Below, piece by piece: positions 10,282 to 19,265 of a DNA stretch of 64,000 nucleotides. The stretch spans positions 17,399 through 81,398 of the forward strand of contig CAMOFK010000004.1 of the NCBI GenBank assembly GCA_946613265.1, read 5' to 3'. Every line of letters starts with the position of its first letter. The stretch's first letter is position 1. Source of the stretch: an uncultured Verrucomicrobiota bacterium. GTDB taxonomy: Bacteria; Verrucomicrobiota; Kiritimatiellia; RFP12; UBA1067. Both the position numbers and the translations under genes were made by a program. The notes below the pieces were generated by a model. The model made no database searches. It was not told where the DNA came from and saw only the letters and a program-made list of their open reading frames with translations.

Positions 10282-11118
10282 TCACGGCTTGCAAACGGCC
10301 TTCAACATCGCCGCACGGTCTGCGCGAAGCCCCGTCCAAATTTCGAAAGATTTCGCGCCTTGTCCGACGAGGAATTCGAGGCCGCCTATCGCCGTCGCGC
10401 CGCGCGAGGCCGCGAGCGCGGCGGTCGGCGGAGTGCGCCGCGTGGGGATTATGTCCAGCACAACCTGGCCTTCGCGGAACGAAGCGGCGGGCAGCACGCT
10501 GGCATCGGTTTCCTTCAGACCGATCGGCGTTGCATTAACGATCAAATCGCATTCGCGCGCGGCGGCCGCGTCGGCCGTATCGAGTTCGCCGAGTACCGGA
10601 GCCGCGGCGCATGCGGCGGCAAGCTCCCGAAGCGACGCGAGAAGACGGCGGCGCGATTCCGCCGTGCGCGCGGCAACGAAAACAGCCGCGGCGCCGCTGC
10701 GCAGGCAGGCTTTCGCGAGAGCCTCGCCTGCGCCGCCGCAGCCGAGAATCGCGACGCGCGCGCCGCGGATACCGCAGCCATGCGCGGACAGGCAATCATG
10801 GAAGCCAGTTATATCGGTGTTGAAGCCGGAAAGCGTGCCGTCACGTTCGAATTTGACCGTATTGCACGCCCCGTATCCGGAGACGGTGTCATCGACGCGA
10901 TCCAAGAACTCCATCACCGCGCGCTTGTGCGGGACGGTCACGTTCATGCCGAGATAGCCATCGTCGCGCAAGCGGCGGACGAATGCGCCGAGGTCCTCCG
11001 GGGCGACGTCGAACTTGGAATATTCGCCGGCGTAGCCCAGCGCGGCGAAATTGGCCGCGTGCATTTCCGGAGAAAGCGAATGCGCCACGGGATGGCCGAT
11101 TACACAAAAGCGGTTCAC
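10282..11118 (-). CDS. aroE: Shikimate dehydrogenase
   Basis: FCVIGHPVAHSLSPEMHAANF, GMNVTVPHKRAV, NTDITGF, GCGGAGEA. GTG at 11118 has a GGAAAGGA Shine-Dalgarno sequence; an upstream GTG at 11166 is an alternative start. Confidence 0.85.
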   Translation of the reverse strand: MNRFCVIGHPVAHSLSPEMHAANFAALGYAGEYSKFDVAPEDLGAFVRRLRDDGYLGMNVTVPHKRAVMEFLDRVDDTVSGYGACNTVKFERDGTLSGFNTDITGFHDCLSAHGCGIRGARVAILGCGGAGEALAKACLRSGAAAVFVAARTAESRRRLLASLRELAAACAAAPVLGELDTADAAAARECDLIVNATPIGLKETDASVLPAASFREGQVVLDIIPTRRTPPTAALAASRGATAIGGLEFLVGQGAKSFEIWTGLRADRAAMLKAVCKP

Positions 11119-11185
11119 GGCAATATCCTTTCCGATGAGGTGAAACGTGGCGCTTGCCAAGCGCACCGCGCGCGGGAGCGCCGCG

Positions 11186-11938
11186 TCACATTCCTTGCGC
11201 GGCGTCGCAGACGCGATCTACATCCGGCGAATCGGTCAGGCTGTGGAGGAAATCGCGACGGAACGCGAGGTGGCCGCGCTCTGCGCAGAGACGCCGCGAA
11301 GTCGCGAAATACAGTCCGCTGACCATCCAGCCGACTTGTATGAGAATGAAATCCGCAAGGCTCTTGATATCCTTGTAATCCACCGGGCGGTGCGCGAGAA
11401 TGGCATTCACGACATCGGGATTCGGCGGAAGATTCGTCGCCAGATTCCAGAATGTCCGCGAATCCTTGCGCCAGTCCGACGTCGCAATCTCCTTTTCGAG
11501 AACGCGGAAGATGTCGAGCTTGTCGGCGTCGCGGACGGTATGGGAAAGAAGCGCGGTACGCTCGTCCAGTCCTTCGGGAAGCTCGCGGCGATTGTGGAAG
11601 AGGACGGCATCGAGAATCGCGCCATCGTCCGTCCACCCCTTCTCTTTGACGATCTTGTGCGAGAGAACCGCATGGTCCACCGACTCGACGTCGCGGAAAG
11701 TATCGTAGAGCTTGAGCTGTTCGTAGCGCCCGGTATCGTGGAGAAGCGCCGCAATCATCGCATCCTCGCGGAGCGCGGAGGAGAAACCTTCGCCGTCGGC
11801 TATCGAAGTCGCGTTCTTGACCACGAAGGCGGTGTGGGTGCGCTTCAGCTGCATCAAATGCGGCAAGGCGCCGGCGGCATCGCGGTATGTATCGACATAC
11901 CCGTCGTAGAGAGAAAGTATCCTGTCGAATCGTTCCAT
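11186..11938 (-). CDS. HD-domain metal-dependent phosphohydrolase
   Basis: AALLHDTGRYEQ (H..HD) and a downstream RDADKLD motif. 250 aa. Confidence 0.6.
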   Translation of the reverse strand: MERFDRILSLYDGYVDTYRDAAGALPHLMQLKRTHTAFVVKNATSIADGEGFSSALREDAMIAALLHDTGRYEQLKLYDTFRDVESVDHAVLSHKIVKEKGWTDDGAILDAVLFHNRRELPEGLDERTALLSHTVRDADKLDIFRVLEKEIATSDWRKDSRTFWNLATNLPPNPDVVNAILAHRPVDYKDIKSLADFILIQVGWMVSGLYFATSRRLCAERGHLAFRRDFLHSLTDSPDVDRVCDAAQGM

Positions 11939-11978
11939 ATCGAAACTCCCTTTCGTGCAAATGCGCCCAGCGCGCCCT

Positions 11979-13763
11979 TCAATCTTCGTCCATTAATTCG
12001 TCGGGGCGGTCCGGCTCCACTTCAAGATAGCGAAGCGCGGCGGAGGCGATATTCTTGAAGATCGGCCCTGCGCTGTTTCCGCCCTGGTGGTATTTGGTGC
12101 GCTTGTCGAAGTCAAGCGAGACGAGCACGACGATGCGCGCAGGCTCCGGCTCGATATTCGCCTCGTTGGCGAACTCCACTCCCGAGGGGACGATGCCGCA
12201 GAACGTCGCGCGATATAGATGGTCGGAATATCTGCCGTTCACGACTTTCTGGGCGGTGCCCGTCTTCCCCGCGACCGAATAGCCCTTGATGGCGGCGCGC
12301 CGCGCCGTCCCGCCTGGCGAAGCCACGCCGAGCATCATCTTGCGAATCTTCCGCGCGGTCGCCGCGCTTATCGGGCGCGACGCGACTTCGCGCAGAGTCA
12401 CCTTCGGGCCGCGTCCATCGGTATAGACGATTTTGGATACGACATGCGGCTTCATGCGCACGCCATCATTCGCGATCGCCTGATAGGCGCTTGCGAGTTG
12501 CATCGCCGTGACGGAAACGCCTTGGCCGATCGGCGCGCGCGACCACTTCACCTTGTCCCACTTCTTCCAGAAAGGCAGTATGCCGGCTTCTTCGCCCGGG
12601 ATTTCCACGCCAGTCTTCGAGCCGAAGCCGAACGCCCTCATGTAGCCCCACAAACGCTCAGGCCCGATGTCGCAGCCGAGTTTGCCGATGACGATATTCG
12701 AAGAATGGACAATCGCGTCGCGGATGCTCATGCGTTCGTCCCAAACGTGGCTGCCATCGCCAGGCAGGCGGTAGTAGCGGTCGTCATTCCTGTTCGTCGT
12801 GTAGAGGGAATCCGGCGAGACGATGCCGCTCTCGATGCCTGCGCACGCGGTTATCACTTTCATCACGCTTCCCGGCTCGTACGTAAGCGAAGTCACGCGA
12901 TTGATTTTCGCGTCGTCGCCGGTGCGCCCAAACATCAATGGATGGTAGTTCGGATAGGACGCCATAGCGAGGACGTCGCCCGTTTTCACATCGAGAATGA
13001 CGCACCAGCCGCTGGCGGCCTCGTACTCGCGTATGCCTTCTTCGAGAATCGTCTCGACGGAGTATTGCAGATTCGCGTCGATGGTCAAATATATATCCGC
13101 GCCGTTCTTCGGCTCGACTCTTTCGATCTGCCTGTCGCGAAGCTCGGCGCCGCGCGCATCGCGATAGCCGCGCACGTAGCCGTCGATACCGGAAAGCTCG
13201 CGGTCGTACCGCAGCTCGAGTCCGGAGGAGCCGACGCCTTCCTTGTTGATCGCGCCGATCACATGGCAGAGCCGGCGGTTGTTGAAATACTGGCGTATCT
13301 GCTTATCGACGATCGCGACGCCGGAGACGTAGCGGCGGTTCGCTAGGATGTCGTGGGAGGCGGTGTCGGTGGATTGCGCGAGAAACTGGTAGCGGTTGGC
13401 GGTGTTCCCCGCCATCTCCAGCAGCTTCGCGTAGTCGAGGGAAAGCTGCCCGGCGATCGTCCGGCAAATCGCCTCTTTCGTGCGCGGCTGTCTTTCGCCT
13501 TTCGGCCGCACGACGGCATTCGTGAGCGCGACGGGATCGAGACGGTATTCCCAGCAAGGTATGGAGCGCACGAGCGCGCGCGTCGTTCCGCCGGCGTCGA
13601 AGATCGAGCCGCGGCATGCAGGGATCGTGCGCTTGAATTCATAGCGCGGCGCATCGGCATCGTCGCCGAAATGCGCGCGCACGAGTTTCTGCGCGCTGTA
13701 CGCGGCGAAGAGCGAAAGCCCCGCCACGGCGAACCAGAATCTCCCGTTGCCGCCGCCAGCCAT
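11979..13763 (-). CDS. ftsI: Peptidoglycan D,D-transpeptidase FtsI (class B PBP)
   Basis: N-terminal TM anchor, SxxK (GSVMK), SxN (HSSN), KTG (AGKTGTA). Position directly after ftsL in the dcw order. Confidence 0.85.
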   Translation of the reverse strand: MAGGGNGRFWFAVAGLSLFAAYSAQKLVRAHFGDDADAPRYEFKRTIPACRGSIFDAGGTTRALVRSIPCWEYRLDPVALTNAVVRPKGERQPRTKEAICRTIAGQLSLDYAKLLEMAGNTANRYQFLAQSTDTASHDILANRRYVSGVAIVDKQIRQYFNNRRLCHVIGAINKEGVGSSGLELRYDRELSGIDGYVRGYRDARGAELRDRQIERVEPKNGADIYLTIDANLQYSVETILEEGIREYEAASGWCVILDVKTGDVLAMASYPNYHPLMFGRTGDDAKINRVTSLTYEPGSVMKVITACAGIESGIVSPDSLYTTNRNDDRYYRLPGDGSHVWDERMSIRDAIVHSSNIVIGKLGCDIGPERLWGYMRAFGFGSKTGVEIPGEEAGILPFWKKWDKVKWSRAPIGQGVSVTAMQLASAYQAIANDGVRMKPHVVSKIVYTDGRGPKVTLREVASRPISAATARKIRKMMLGVASPGGTARRAAIKGYSVAGKTGTAQKVVNGRYSDHLYRATFCGIVPSGVEFANEANIEPEPARIVVLVSLDFDKRTKYHQGGNSAGPIFKNIASAALRYLEVEPDRPDELMDED

Positions 13764-13812
13764 AGTCGATTACCGCTTGTCGCTCCGGAGAAACGCCGGA
13801 ACGCGCGCATGG

Positions 13813-14241
13813 CTACCTGACGCGACGCGGATGCGCCGCCGCGAAGCTCGCGGTCATTGCGCCGCGCGCTCTCTGCATTTCCTTGGCGACGGAAATCTGC
13901 GCCGGTTTCAGGCGTCCTTCGCTGTTCATGCGGACGATCTGGCTCTGCTCGGGCACTTTCATCGCGAGGCCGTGGCGGCGCAGCGCGGCGTCGAGATTCT
14001 CTTGTGTCTTCATCTCCTCCCAACGCGCGCTTTCGCGAGTGCGCTCGTCTTCGAGGCGGGCGAGGACACGCTCCTTGTCGCCGATGGACTTCATCAGCAG
14101 GCTGCATTTCGAAGATGCGAGCATGTTGATTATCACCATCACGAACACCAGCAGCATGATGCCGCCAACATATGCGGTGTTTTGGGCGACAACGCTCGTC
14201 TTGCGGGATATCTTCCAATTCTTCCTTCTGATCAAACGCAT
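13813..14241 (-). CDS. ftsL: Cell division protein FtsL-like (small bitopic protein)
   Basis: ATG at 14241 preceded by AGGAGG. Single TM (VGGIMLLVFVMVIINML) followed by a coiled-coil-like segment. Lies between rsmH and ftsI. Confidence 0.6.
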   Translation of the reverse strand: MRLIRRKNWKISRKTSVVAQNTAYVGGIMLLVFVMVIINMLASSKCSLLMKSIGDKERVLARLEDERTRESARWEEMKTQENLDAALRRHGLAMKVPEQSQIVRMNSEGRLKPAQISVAKEMQRARGAMTASFAAAHPRRVR

Positions 14242-14450
14242 ATCGACCTCCTGTTGTTTGAGAAACCGGGTTTGTACTGTCAAAATCTTCATTCGTCCGG
14301 ATACGGAATCCAAGGCGGCTTGCGGCTGTTTCTTCTCTGCACCGGATTTTCCGCTCGAGCCGGCGCGCGGGCGCCTCTTAGACGTGCCAGTCCCCTTCCT
14401 TCCATTGTTCCGTCTTCACGGCGCGCCGCGCCTGCCGGCGCGGCGCTTGC

Positions 14451-15437
14451 TCAAATTTTTTCCGCGCAGCGCAGCTTGGCGCTGCGCGCGCGCGGATTGC
14501 CGGCGATTTCGCCGGCGCCAGCGGCGATGGCGTGTCTCGCGACGAGCCGCACGCGCGGCTCCTCGCCGCGCCATTCTTCGCCGCCCTGCTGAAGCGAGAC
14601 CATCTTCCCCGCATGCCGGGCGAAGAACCTCTTCACCGTCCTGTCGCTGATCGACTCGAATGTTATCACGGCAAAGCGGCCGCCGCGGGCGAGAATCTCG
14701 AGTCCGCCGCCGAGCGCGCGCTCCAGCTCGCCCAATTCGTCGTTCACGGCCATGCGCAGCGCCTGGAAGACTCGCGTGGCGCCATGCCGCGAGCCATGGC
14801 GTCCAACCAGCCGCTCGACGAAGAGCGCCAATTCGGTCGTGGTGCGGAACGGCCTAGGTACGCGTTCCTCCACAATCGCTTTGGCGATTCGCCGAGCGCC
14901 CGGCTCCTCCCCGTATTCGCGAAAGGCCTCTTCCAGCCGCTCCGCGCTCGCGCTGTTCACAAGGTCGGCGGCGGTCAAGCCGCTTTCCCTGTCCATGCGC
15001 ATGTCAAGCGGCCCCTCGCGCATGAAGCTGAACCCGCGGTCCGCTTCATCGAGTTGAGGGCTCGACACGCCCAGATCGAGCAATATTCCATCAACATTGT
15101 TCCATCCCCTTGCATGTGCTATTTCCGCCAGATTGCCATGATTCCCCTTGCAAATCTCCAAGCCGTCTATCTTCTTTGCATCCACTTCCGCGAGCGCCTG
15201 CGCGTCGCGGTCGATTCCGAGCACGCGCCCGCCGCGCCGCACTATTTCCGCCGCATGGCCGGCGCGCCCCAGCGTCCCGTCGATATATCTGCCGCCGGGG
15301 CGGACGGCCAGCGCCTCCATCGTCTCCGCCAGCAAGACGGGGATGTGGCGCGGCGCCGCCGGCGCCCCGCTCCCGTTCTCCGTCTCTATACGCTCGCGCA
15401 ACATGGCATGCAGACTGTGTTTGCAGACTTGATTCAA
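14451..15437 (-). CDS. rsmH: 16S rRNA (cytosine1402-N4)-methyltransferase RsmH/MraW
   Basis: HIPVLLAETMEAL, YIDGTLGRAGHA, LLDLGVSSPQLD, SLEDR-like ESISDRTVK. The start could instead be the ATG at 15404. Confidence 0.85.
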   Translation of the reverse strand: MNQVCKHSLHAMLRERIETENGSGAPAAPRHIPVLLAETMEALAVRPGGRYIDGTLGRAGHAAEIVRRGGRVLGIDRDAQALAEVDAKKIDGLEICKGNHGNLAEIAHARGWNNVDGILLDLGVSSPQLDEADRGFSFMREGPLDMRMDRESGLTAADLVNSASAERLEEAFREYGEEPGARRIAKAIVEERVPRPFRTTTELALFVERLVGRHGSRHGATRVFQALRMAVNDELGELERALGGGLEILARGGRFAVITFESISDRTVKRFFARHAGKMVSLQQGGEEWRGEEPRVRLVARHAIAAGAGEIAGNPRARSAKLRCAEKI

Positions 15438-15449
15438 ATATCTTTGTTG

Positions 15450-15887
15450 TCAGAAGCCGGCGACAGCCATCGCGTCGGCCAGCGCGTTTTGATCGATTTC
15501 GTCTTCCGGCGGAAGCGCCTCGGGCGCCCACAACTCTATCTTGCGCACCGCGCCGACCATCGCGATCGAGCTGGTCAAACCTGCGAATTTCAGCAGGCGG
15601 TCGCTTATGCGGATGCGCCCGGCGACATCGAGAGGAAGCTGCTCCGAATTCGCGCCGATCGTGCGCAGCGCCACCGTCAAGCGCGGATCGAAAAGCGCCT
15701 GTTGCCGCAGACTCTGCAAGCGCGCTTCCATTTCTTCTTGCGGAATTATATTTAGGCACCTCTGCTTCTGGTCGGGAAGGACAAATACATATTTAGGGTT
15801 GCCGAGCATTTCGCGCCACTCGCTCGGTATCGTCACTCGCTTTTTCGGATCGAGGGAATGCGTGTGCCTCCCGATCAGGAAGCCCAT
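15450..15887 (-). CDS. mraZ: Transcriptional regulator MraZ
   Basis: MGFLIGRHTHSLDPKKRVTIPSEWR and a second half with LDVAGRIRISDRL (duplicated DxxxR motif). ATG at 15887 is preceded by GGAGAAAGAG. Confidence 0.85.
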   Translation of the reverse strand: MGFLIGRHTHSLDPKKRVTIPSEWREMLGNPKYVFVLPDQKQRCLNIIPQEEMEARLQSLRQQALFDPRLTVALRTIGANSEQLPLDVAGRIRISDRLLKFAGLTSSIAMVGAVRKIELWAPEALPPEDEIDQNALADAMAVAGF

Positions 15888-15930
15888 GCTCTCTTTCTCC
15901 GACTTCGCGGTACTCTGTGCAACTTCTTTC

Positions 15931-15966
15931 AACACTTGACGACACCATTATACACTTTCTGACACC
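15931..15966 (-). promoter_or_regulatory. mraZ promoter (-10 TATAAT at 15947-15952) overlapped by four 10-bp-phased GTGT repeats, a putative MraZ operator
   Basis: The minus strand reads GGTGTC-AGA-AAGTGTA-TAAT-GGTGTC-GTC-AAGTGTT. On the plus strand, ACAC occurs at 15932, 15942, 15952 and 15962. Confidence 0.5.
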
Positions 15967-16227
15967 GCGCCGCAAGGGGGCTGAGGAACATTTTTTATAT
16001 TTCCCACTATTGACGGCATCCGCGCAAGAAAAAAAGCATTTGCCGCCCGTCGCCCGGCAAAGCCCTTCCCCGCGCATTCCGGCGGCATGCGGCATCCGCG
16101 GCGGGAAACGCCGTTAATCGCGCCAAAAGCGGCGAAAAGCCAATTATTCAGTGCGTTTTCGCGATTGCCGGGCATTTGAAGAGAATGCAAAAAAGACGAG
16201 ATTCAATCGTTGGAACAGAATGAAATA

Positions 16228-16236
16228 TGCTATAAT
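16228..16236 (+). promoter_or_regulatory. Extended -10 promoter TGCTATAAT, 6 nt upstream of the ATG at 16243 (likely leaderless)
   Basis: TGC TATAAT, spacer AGTGGC, then ATG. A TTGGAA -35-like hexamer lies at 16210-16215. Confidence 0.45.
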
Positions 16237-16242
16237 AGTGGC

Positions 16243-18144
16243 ATGAAAATCGGAAAAGGTTCTTCTCTGGGCAAGATGATGAAAGCAGAGGCACTCTGGC
16301 GCTTCGCGGCAATGGCGCTCGCGCTCTCGACGTTTTCAACGGGCGCGCGCGCCCAACAGTGCCTGTTCGAGTCATGCGCGCACGATGGGAAAGACGCAAA
16401 GGAACTCAGCGTATATTCGCCCGTGCCGCCGAGCGTGGCGTCCAAGCCGATCAGGAGCGCGCCCCGCCTTTCCACGTTAGAGGGCAAGACGATAGCGATC
16501 GTCGGCGGCTCGTTCATGGCGAAAGTCACGCACCCGGAATTGAAAAAGCTGATACTCGCGGAATTCCCGACGGCGAAAATCTATCTGCTGGATGAAATCG
16601 GCGCCGCCGGTCCGTTTCCCCGTCCGGGAGTGACAAGGCGCGAGAAGGTCGCCTTCCAGGAGCGGCTGCGCGACTTCGGCGTGGATGCGGTGATCGCCGG
16701 CAACGGCGGCTGCGGGCTTTGCACGCCGCGCGAAGCAGGCTCGTGCATCGCCGCAGAAGAAATCGGAATCCCTTCGGTGATGATCGCGGCGACGGGTTTC
16801 GTGGAGCAGGCGAAAAGCGCGGCGCGCGACGCGGGGCTGGCCGTCCTCGCGATCGCCGAATACAAAGGCTCGTTCGCCGCCGAACCGCGCGAGACGCTGC
16901 TGGAAAAAACGCGCACTTCGCTATGGCCGCAAATCAAAGCCGCGCTGACCGGCGAACAGACGAAGGCCGGCGCGGCGCAACCGGCCGAACCCGCCGCCGC
17001 GCCAAGCGCCCAAATCATCACCGGCACGCCCAGGCAGCTCGAACAAATCTTCTTGGATTCCGGCTGGACGGACGGCCTGCCGATCAACTTCCCGACGGAG
17101 GAACTAGTAAACAAATTCCTCAAGTTCACCGACCTCGCGCCGGATTTCCAGATCGGCACGATACCGCCGGCGATGCACATCACCACGGTGCGCGATGTCG
17201 CCGTCAACGCCGCCATGTCGGGATGCCCGCCGGAATTCATGCCACTCGCGCTGGCATTCACGGAAGCGATGATGGACGGCAATTTCCGGCGTCCGCTCGC
17301 CTCTACGCACGCATGGACGCCATATTGCTGGCTGAACGGCCCGATAGTCGCCCAGCTCGGACTGGACTGCGGGCAAGGGGAGATTTCCGCGGCGCGCAAT
17401 GCGGCGTTCGGGCGCTTCATCAATCTGGCGATGCTGAATCTCGGCGGCTACAAGATAAAGGAGAACCGCATGGGGACTTTCGGCTACCTTATGCCGTGGT
17501 GCCTGGCGGAAAACGATGAAGCAACGCGCGCCGTCGGCTGGCTTCCGCACAACGAGCAGCTCGGCTACAAGAAAGGCGTCTCGACGCTGACGGCGGCATC
17601 CGCCGTGAACTGGGGGAACAATCTCGTGCCGGCGACGGTGGATGCCGAGCGCATCAAGGACTTGATCGCCTACGACGCCACGGAAAAGTCGCAGATGGCC
17701 GTGCGCAGCGGAATGCCTTGCACGTACCGCGTTTTTCTCATCACGCCGGGAGTGGCGAAGAATCTCGCGGGCAGATACAAGACCAAGCGCGAGCTTGAAG
17801 ACGCGGTCGTCGCCGCCGCGCGCATTCCGCTGGACGAGCGCGCCTTCGCGAACTACTGGGGAAACCCTGGCAGCGCTTTCGATCCGGAGACTTATACCAT
17901 CGCACGCCACCGCATGAAAATCTCGCGCACAGAAAACGCCGCGCGCACGCCGACGCCGCCATGGCTCGACTGGACTGGCTTCAATACGCTTCCCACCGTG
18001 CCGGCGATGGAGCGCGGCAAGAGCGCGTTCATCGTCACCGGCGATCCGTCGCGCAACAAGGTTCTTTGCGTGCCCGGCGGCGCGACCAAGACGATAGCCA
18101 TCAAGCTGCCGGCGGACTGGGAACGCCTTCTCAAGGAAAAATGA
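16243..18144 (+). CDS. Secreted two-module protein of unknown function; the N-terminal module carries a GNGGCGLCT redox-type CxxC motif
   Basis: Signal-peptide-like AMALALSTFSTGARA, then IAIVGGSF...VIAGNGGCGLCTPREAGSC..GIPSVMIA. A roughly 380-aa C-terminal module follows (TDGLPINFPTEE...). I recognise no confident family. Confidence 0.4.
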   Translation: MKIGKGSSLGKMMKAEALWRFAAMALALSTFSTGARAQQCLFESCAHDGKDAKELSVYSPVPPSVASKPIRSAPRLSTLEGKTIAIVGGSFMAKVTHPELKKLILAEFPTAKIYLLDEIGAAGPFPRPGVTRREKVAFQERLRDFGVDAVIAGNGGCGLCTPREAGSCIAAEEIGIPSVMIAATGFVEQAKSAARDAGLAVLAIAEYKGSFAAEPRETLLEKTRTSLWPQIKAALTGEQTKAGAAQPAEPAAAPSAQIITGTPRQLEQIFLDSGWTDGLPINFPTEELVNKFLKFTDLAPDFQIGTIPPAMHITTVRDVAVNAAMSGCPPEFMPLALAFTEAMMDGNFRRPLASTHAWTPYCWLNGPIVAQLGLDCGQGEISAARNAAFGRFINLAMLNLGGYKIKENRMGTFGYLMPWCLAENDEATRAVGWLPHNEQLGYKKGVSTLTAASAVNWGNNLVPATVDAERIKDLIAYDATEKSQMAVRSGMPCTYRVFLITPGVAKNLAGRYKTKRELEDAVVAAARIPLDERAFANYWGNPGSAFDPETYTIARHRMKISRTENAARTPTPPWLDWTGFNTLPTVPAMERGKSAFIVTGDPSRNKVLCVPGGATKTIAIKLPADWERLLKEK

Positions 18145-18222
18145 GCCGGCGGCCGCGCGCTGCCGGCGAAGTCCCGCGAAAGCGGGGCATGAAGTTCAAT
18201 ATATATAACAAGGAGCAGAGCC

Positions 18223-18498
18223 ATGATCAGATTGAATTGCTTCTTCCAGGCGAAAGAAGGAAAGACGGAAGAGGCGCTCGCCGCCGCGAAGGAATTGACA
18301 GCCGCGTCGCTGAAGCAGGACGGATGCGTCGCATACGACGTATTTTCTTCGGCCACGCGGCCGGGCGTCCTTCTCATATGCGAAACATGGCGCGACGAAG
18401 CCGCGCTCGCGGCACACTCCGCTTCGGCGCCTTTCACGAAGAACGTCGCCATAATCGAGAGCTGCGGCGCGATGAAGATCGAGAAATTCGCGATGTAG
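18223..18498 (+). CDS. Antibiotic biosynthesis monooxygenase (ABM) domain protein / putative quinol monooxygenase
   Basis: 91 aa. MIRLNCFFQAKEG...CVAYDVF....LLICETWRDEAALAAHSASAPF is the typical ABM ferredoxin-like fold signature. Confidence 0.7.
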   Translation: MIRLNCFFQAKEGKTEEALAAAKELTAASLKQDGCVAYDVFSSATRPGVLLICETWRDEAALAAHSASAPFTKNVAIIESCGAMKIEKFAM

Positions 18499-18545
18499 CG
18501 CCGCGATGCGGCATGTACGCGGCGGCCGCCATGCGGCGGCCCGGT

Positions 18546-18602
18546 CGTGCGGCGGGGAAACGGGCGAAAGTTTTCATGCCCGTTTCCAGGAACCGCCGCA
18601 CG
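18546..18602 (+). repeat. Long interrupted GC-rich hairpin (10 + 10 bp stem) abutting the V-ATPase promoter
   Basis: CGTGCGGCGG-GGAAACGGGC-[12-nt loop]-GCCCGTTTCC-AGGAA-CCGCCGCACG. No U-tract follows. It ends 8 nt before the TGGTATAAT box. Confidence 0.6.
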
Positions 18603-18609
18603 GAATATT

Positions 18610-18618
18610 TGGTATAAT
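18610..18618 (+). promoter_or_regulatory. Extended -10 promoter TGGTATAAT, 11 nt upstream of the V-ATPase D start codon
   Basis: TGG TATAAT at 18610-18618, ATG at 18630, no Shine-Dalgarno sequence in the spacer. Confidence 0.5.
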
Positions 18619-18629
18619 ATACTCTTGCA

Positions 18630-19265
18630 ATGGCTAAGATCAAACTAACGAAAACCGAATTGAAGGCGCAGACGGACGCCTTGAAAAGGTTTCAGCGCTT
18701 TCTCCCGATGCTACAGCTCAAAAAGCAGCAGTTGCAAAGCGAGATCGCCGGCATCGGCGCCAAAGCCGAAGAGACGGCGCGGCGCGAAGCGGCCGAGCGC
18801 GCGTCTCTCGCGTCATGGACGGGGCTTCTCGCGACGGAGCCTTCGCTCCTCGACAGCCTCGTAGGCGTGAAAGCCGTCAAAACGGGACAGGCGAACATCG
18901 CCGGCGTCGCGATCCCGACTTTCGAAGCAGTGGAGACGGAAACGCGCGAAATCGACGCCTGGGCGACTCCGGCGTGGGTGGACGACGCGGCGGCGGCTAT
19001 CGCCAGAATCCTCACGCTGCAATGCGAGCGCAAGATTTACGACGAGCAACGCCGCCTTGTCACGCTCGAACTCCAGACCACCAGCCAGCGCGTAAACCTC
19101 TTCGAGAAAGTCAAAATCCCTGAATGCAAAGAGGCGATCCGCGTTATCAAGATCGCGCTCGGCGACGAGCAGACGGCCGCCGTCACGCGCGGGAAGATCG
19201 CGAAATCCCGCGTGCCCGAAGAAACCGCGCAAGCTACCGGCGCAACTGCCCAGGAGGTTGCCTGA
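18630..19265 (+). CDS. ntpD: V-type ATP synthase subunit D
   Basis: MAKIKLTKTELKAQTDALKRFQRFLPMLQLKKQQLQSEI is a typical V/A-ATPase D N-terminus. 211 aa coiled-coil protein. Confidence 0.85.
   Translation: MAKIKLTKTELKAQTDALKRFQRFLPMLQLKKQQLQSEIAGIGAKAEETARREAAERASLASWTGLLATEPSLLDSLVGVKAVKTGQANIAGVAIPTFEAVETETREIDAWATPAWVDDAAAAIARILTLQCERKIYDEQRRLVTLELQTTSQRVNLFEKVKIPECKEAIRVIKIALGDEQTAAVTRGKIAKSRVPEETAQATGATAQEVA

Noticed and set aside
19124-19264. N-terminal extension of the V-ATPase I ORF overlapping subunit D
   Set aside because: Arg-rich alternate frame of the D gene. The TGATG stop/start junction at 19265 gives the typical subunit I N-terminus (MIVKMKHLDLV...).
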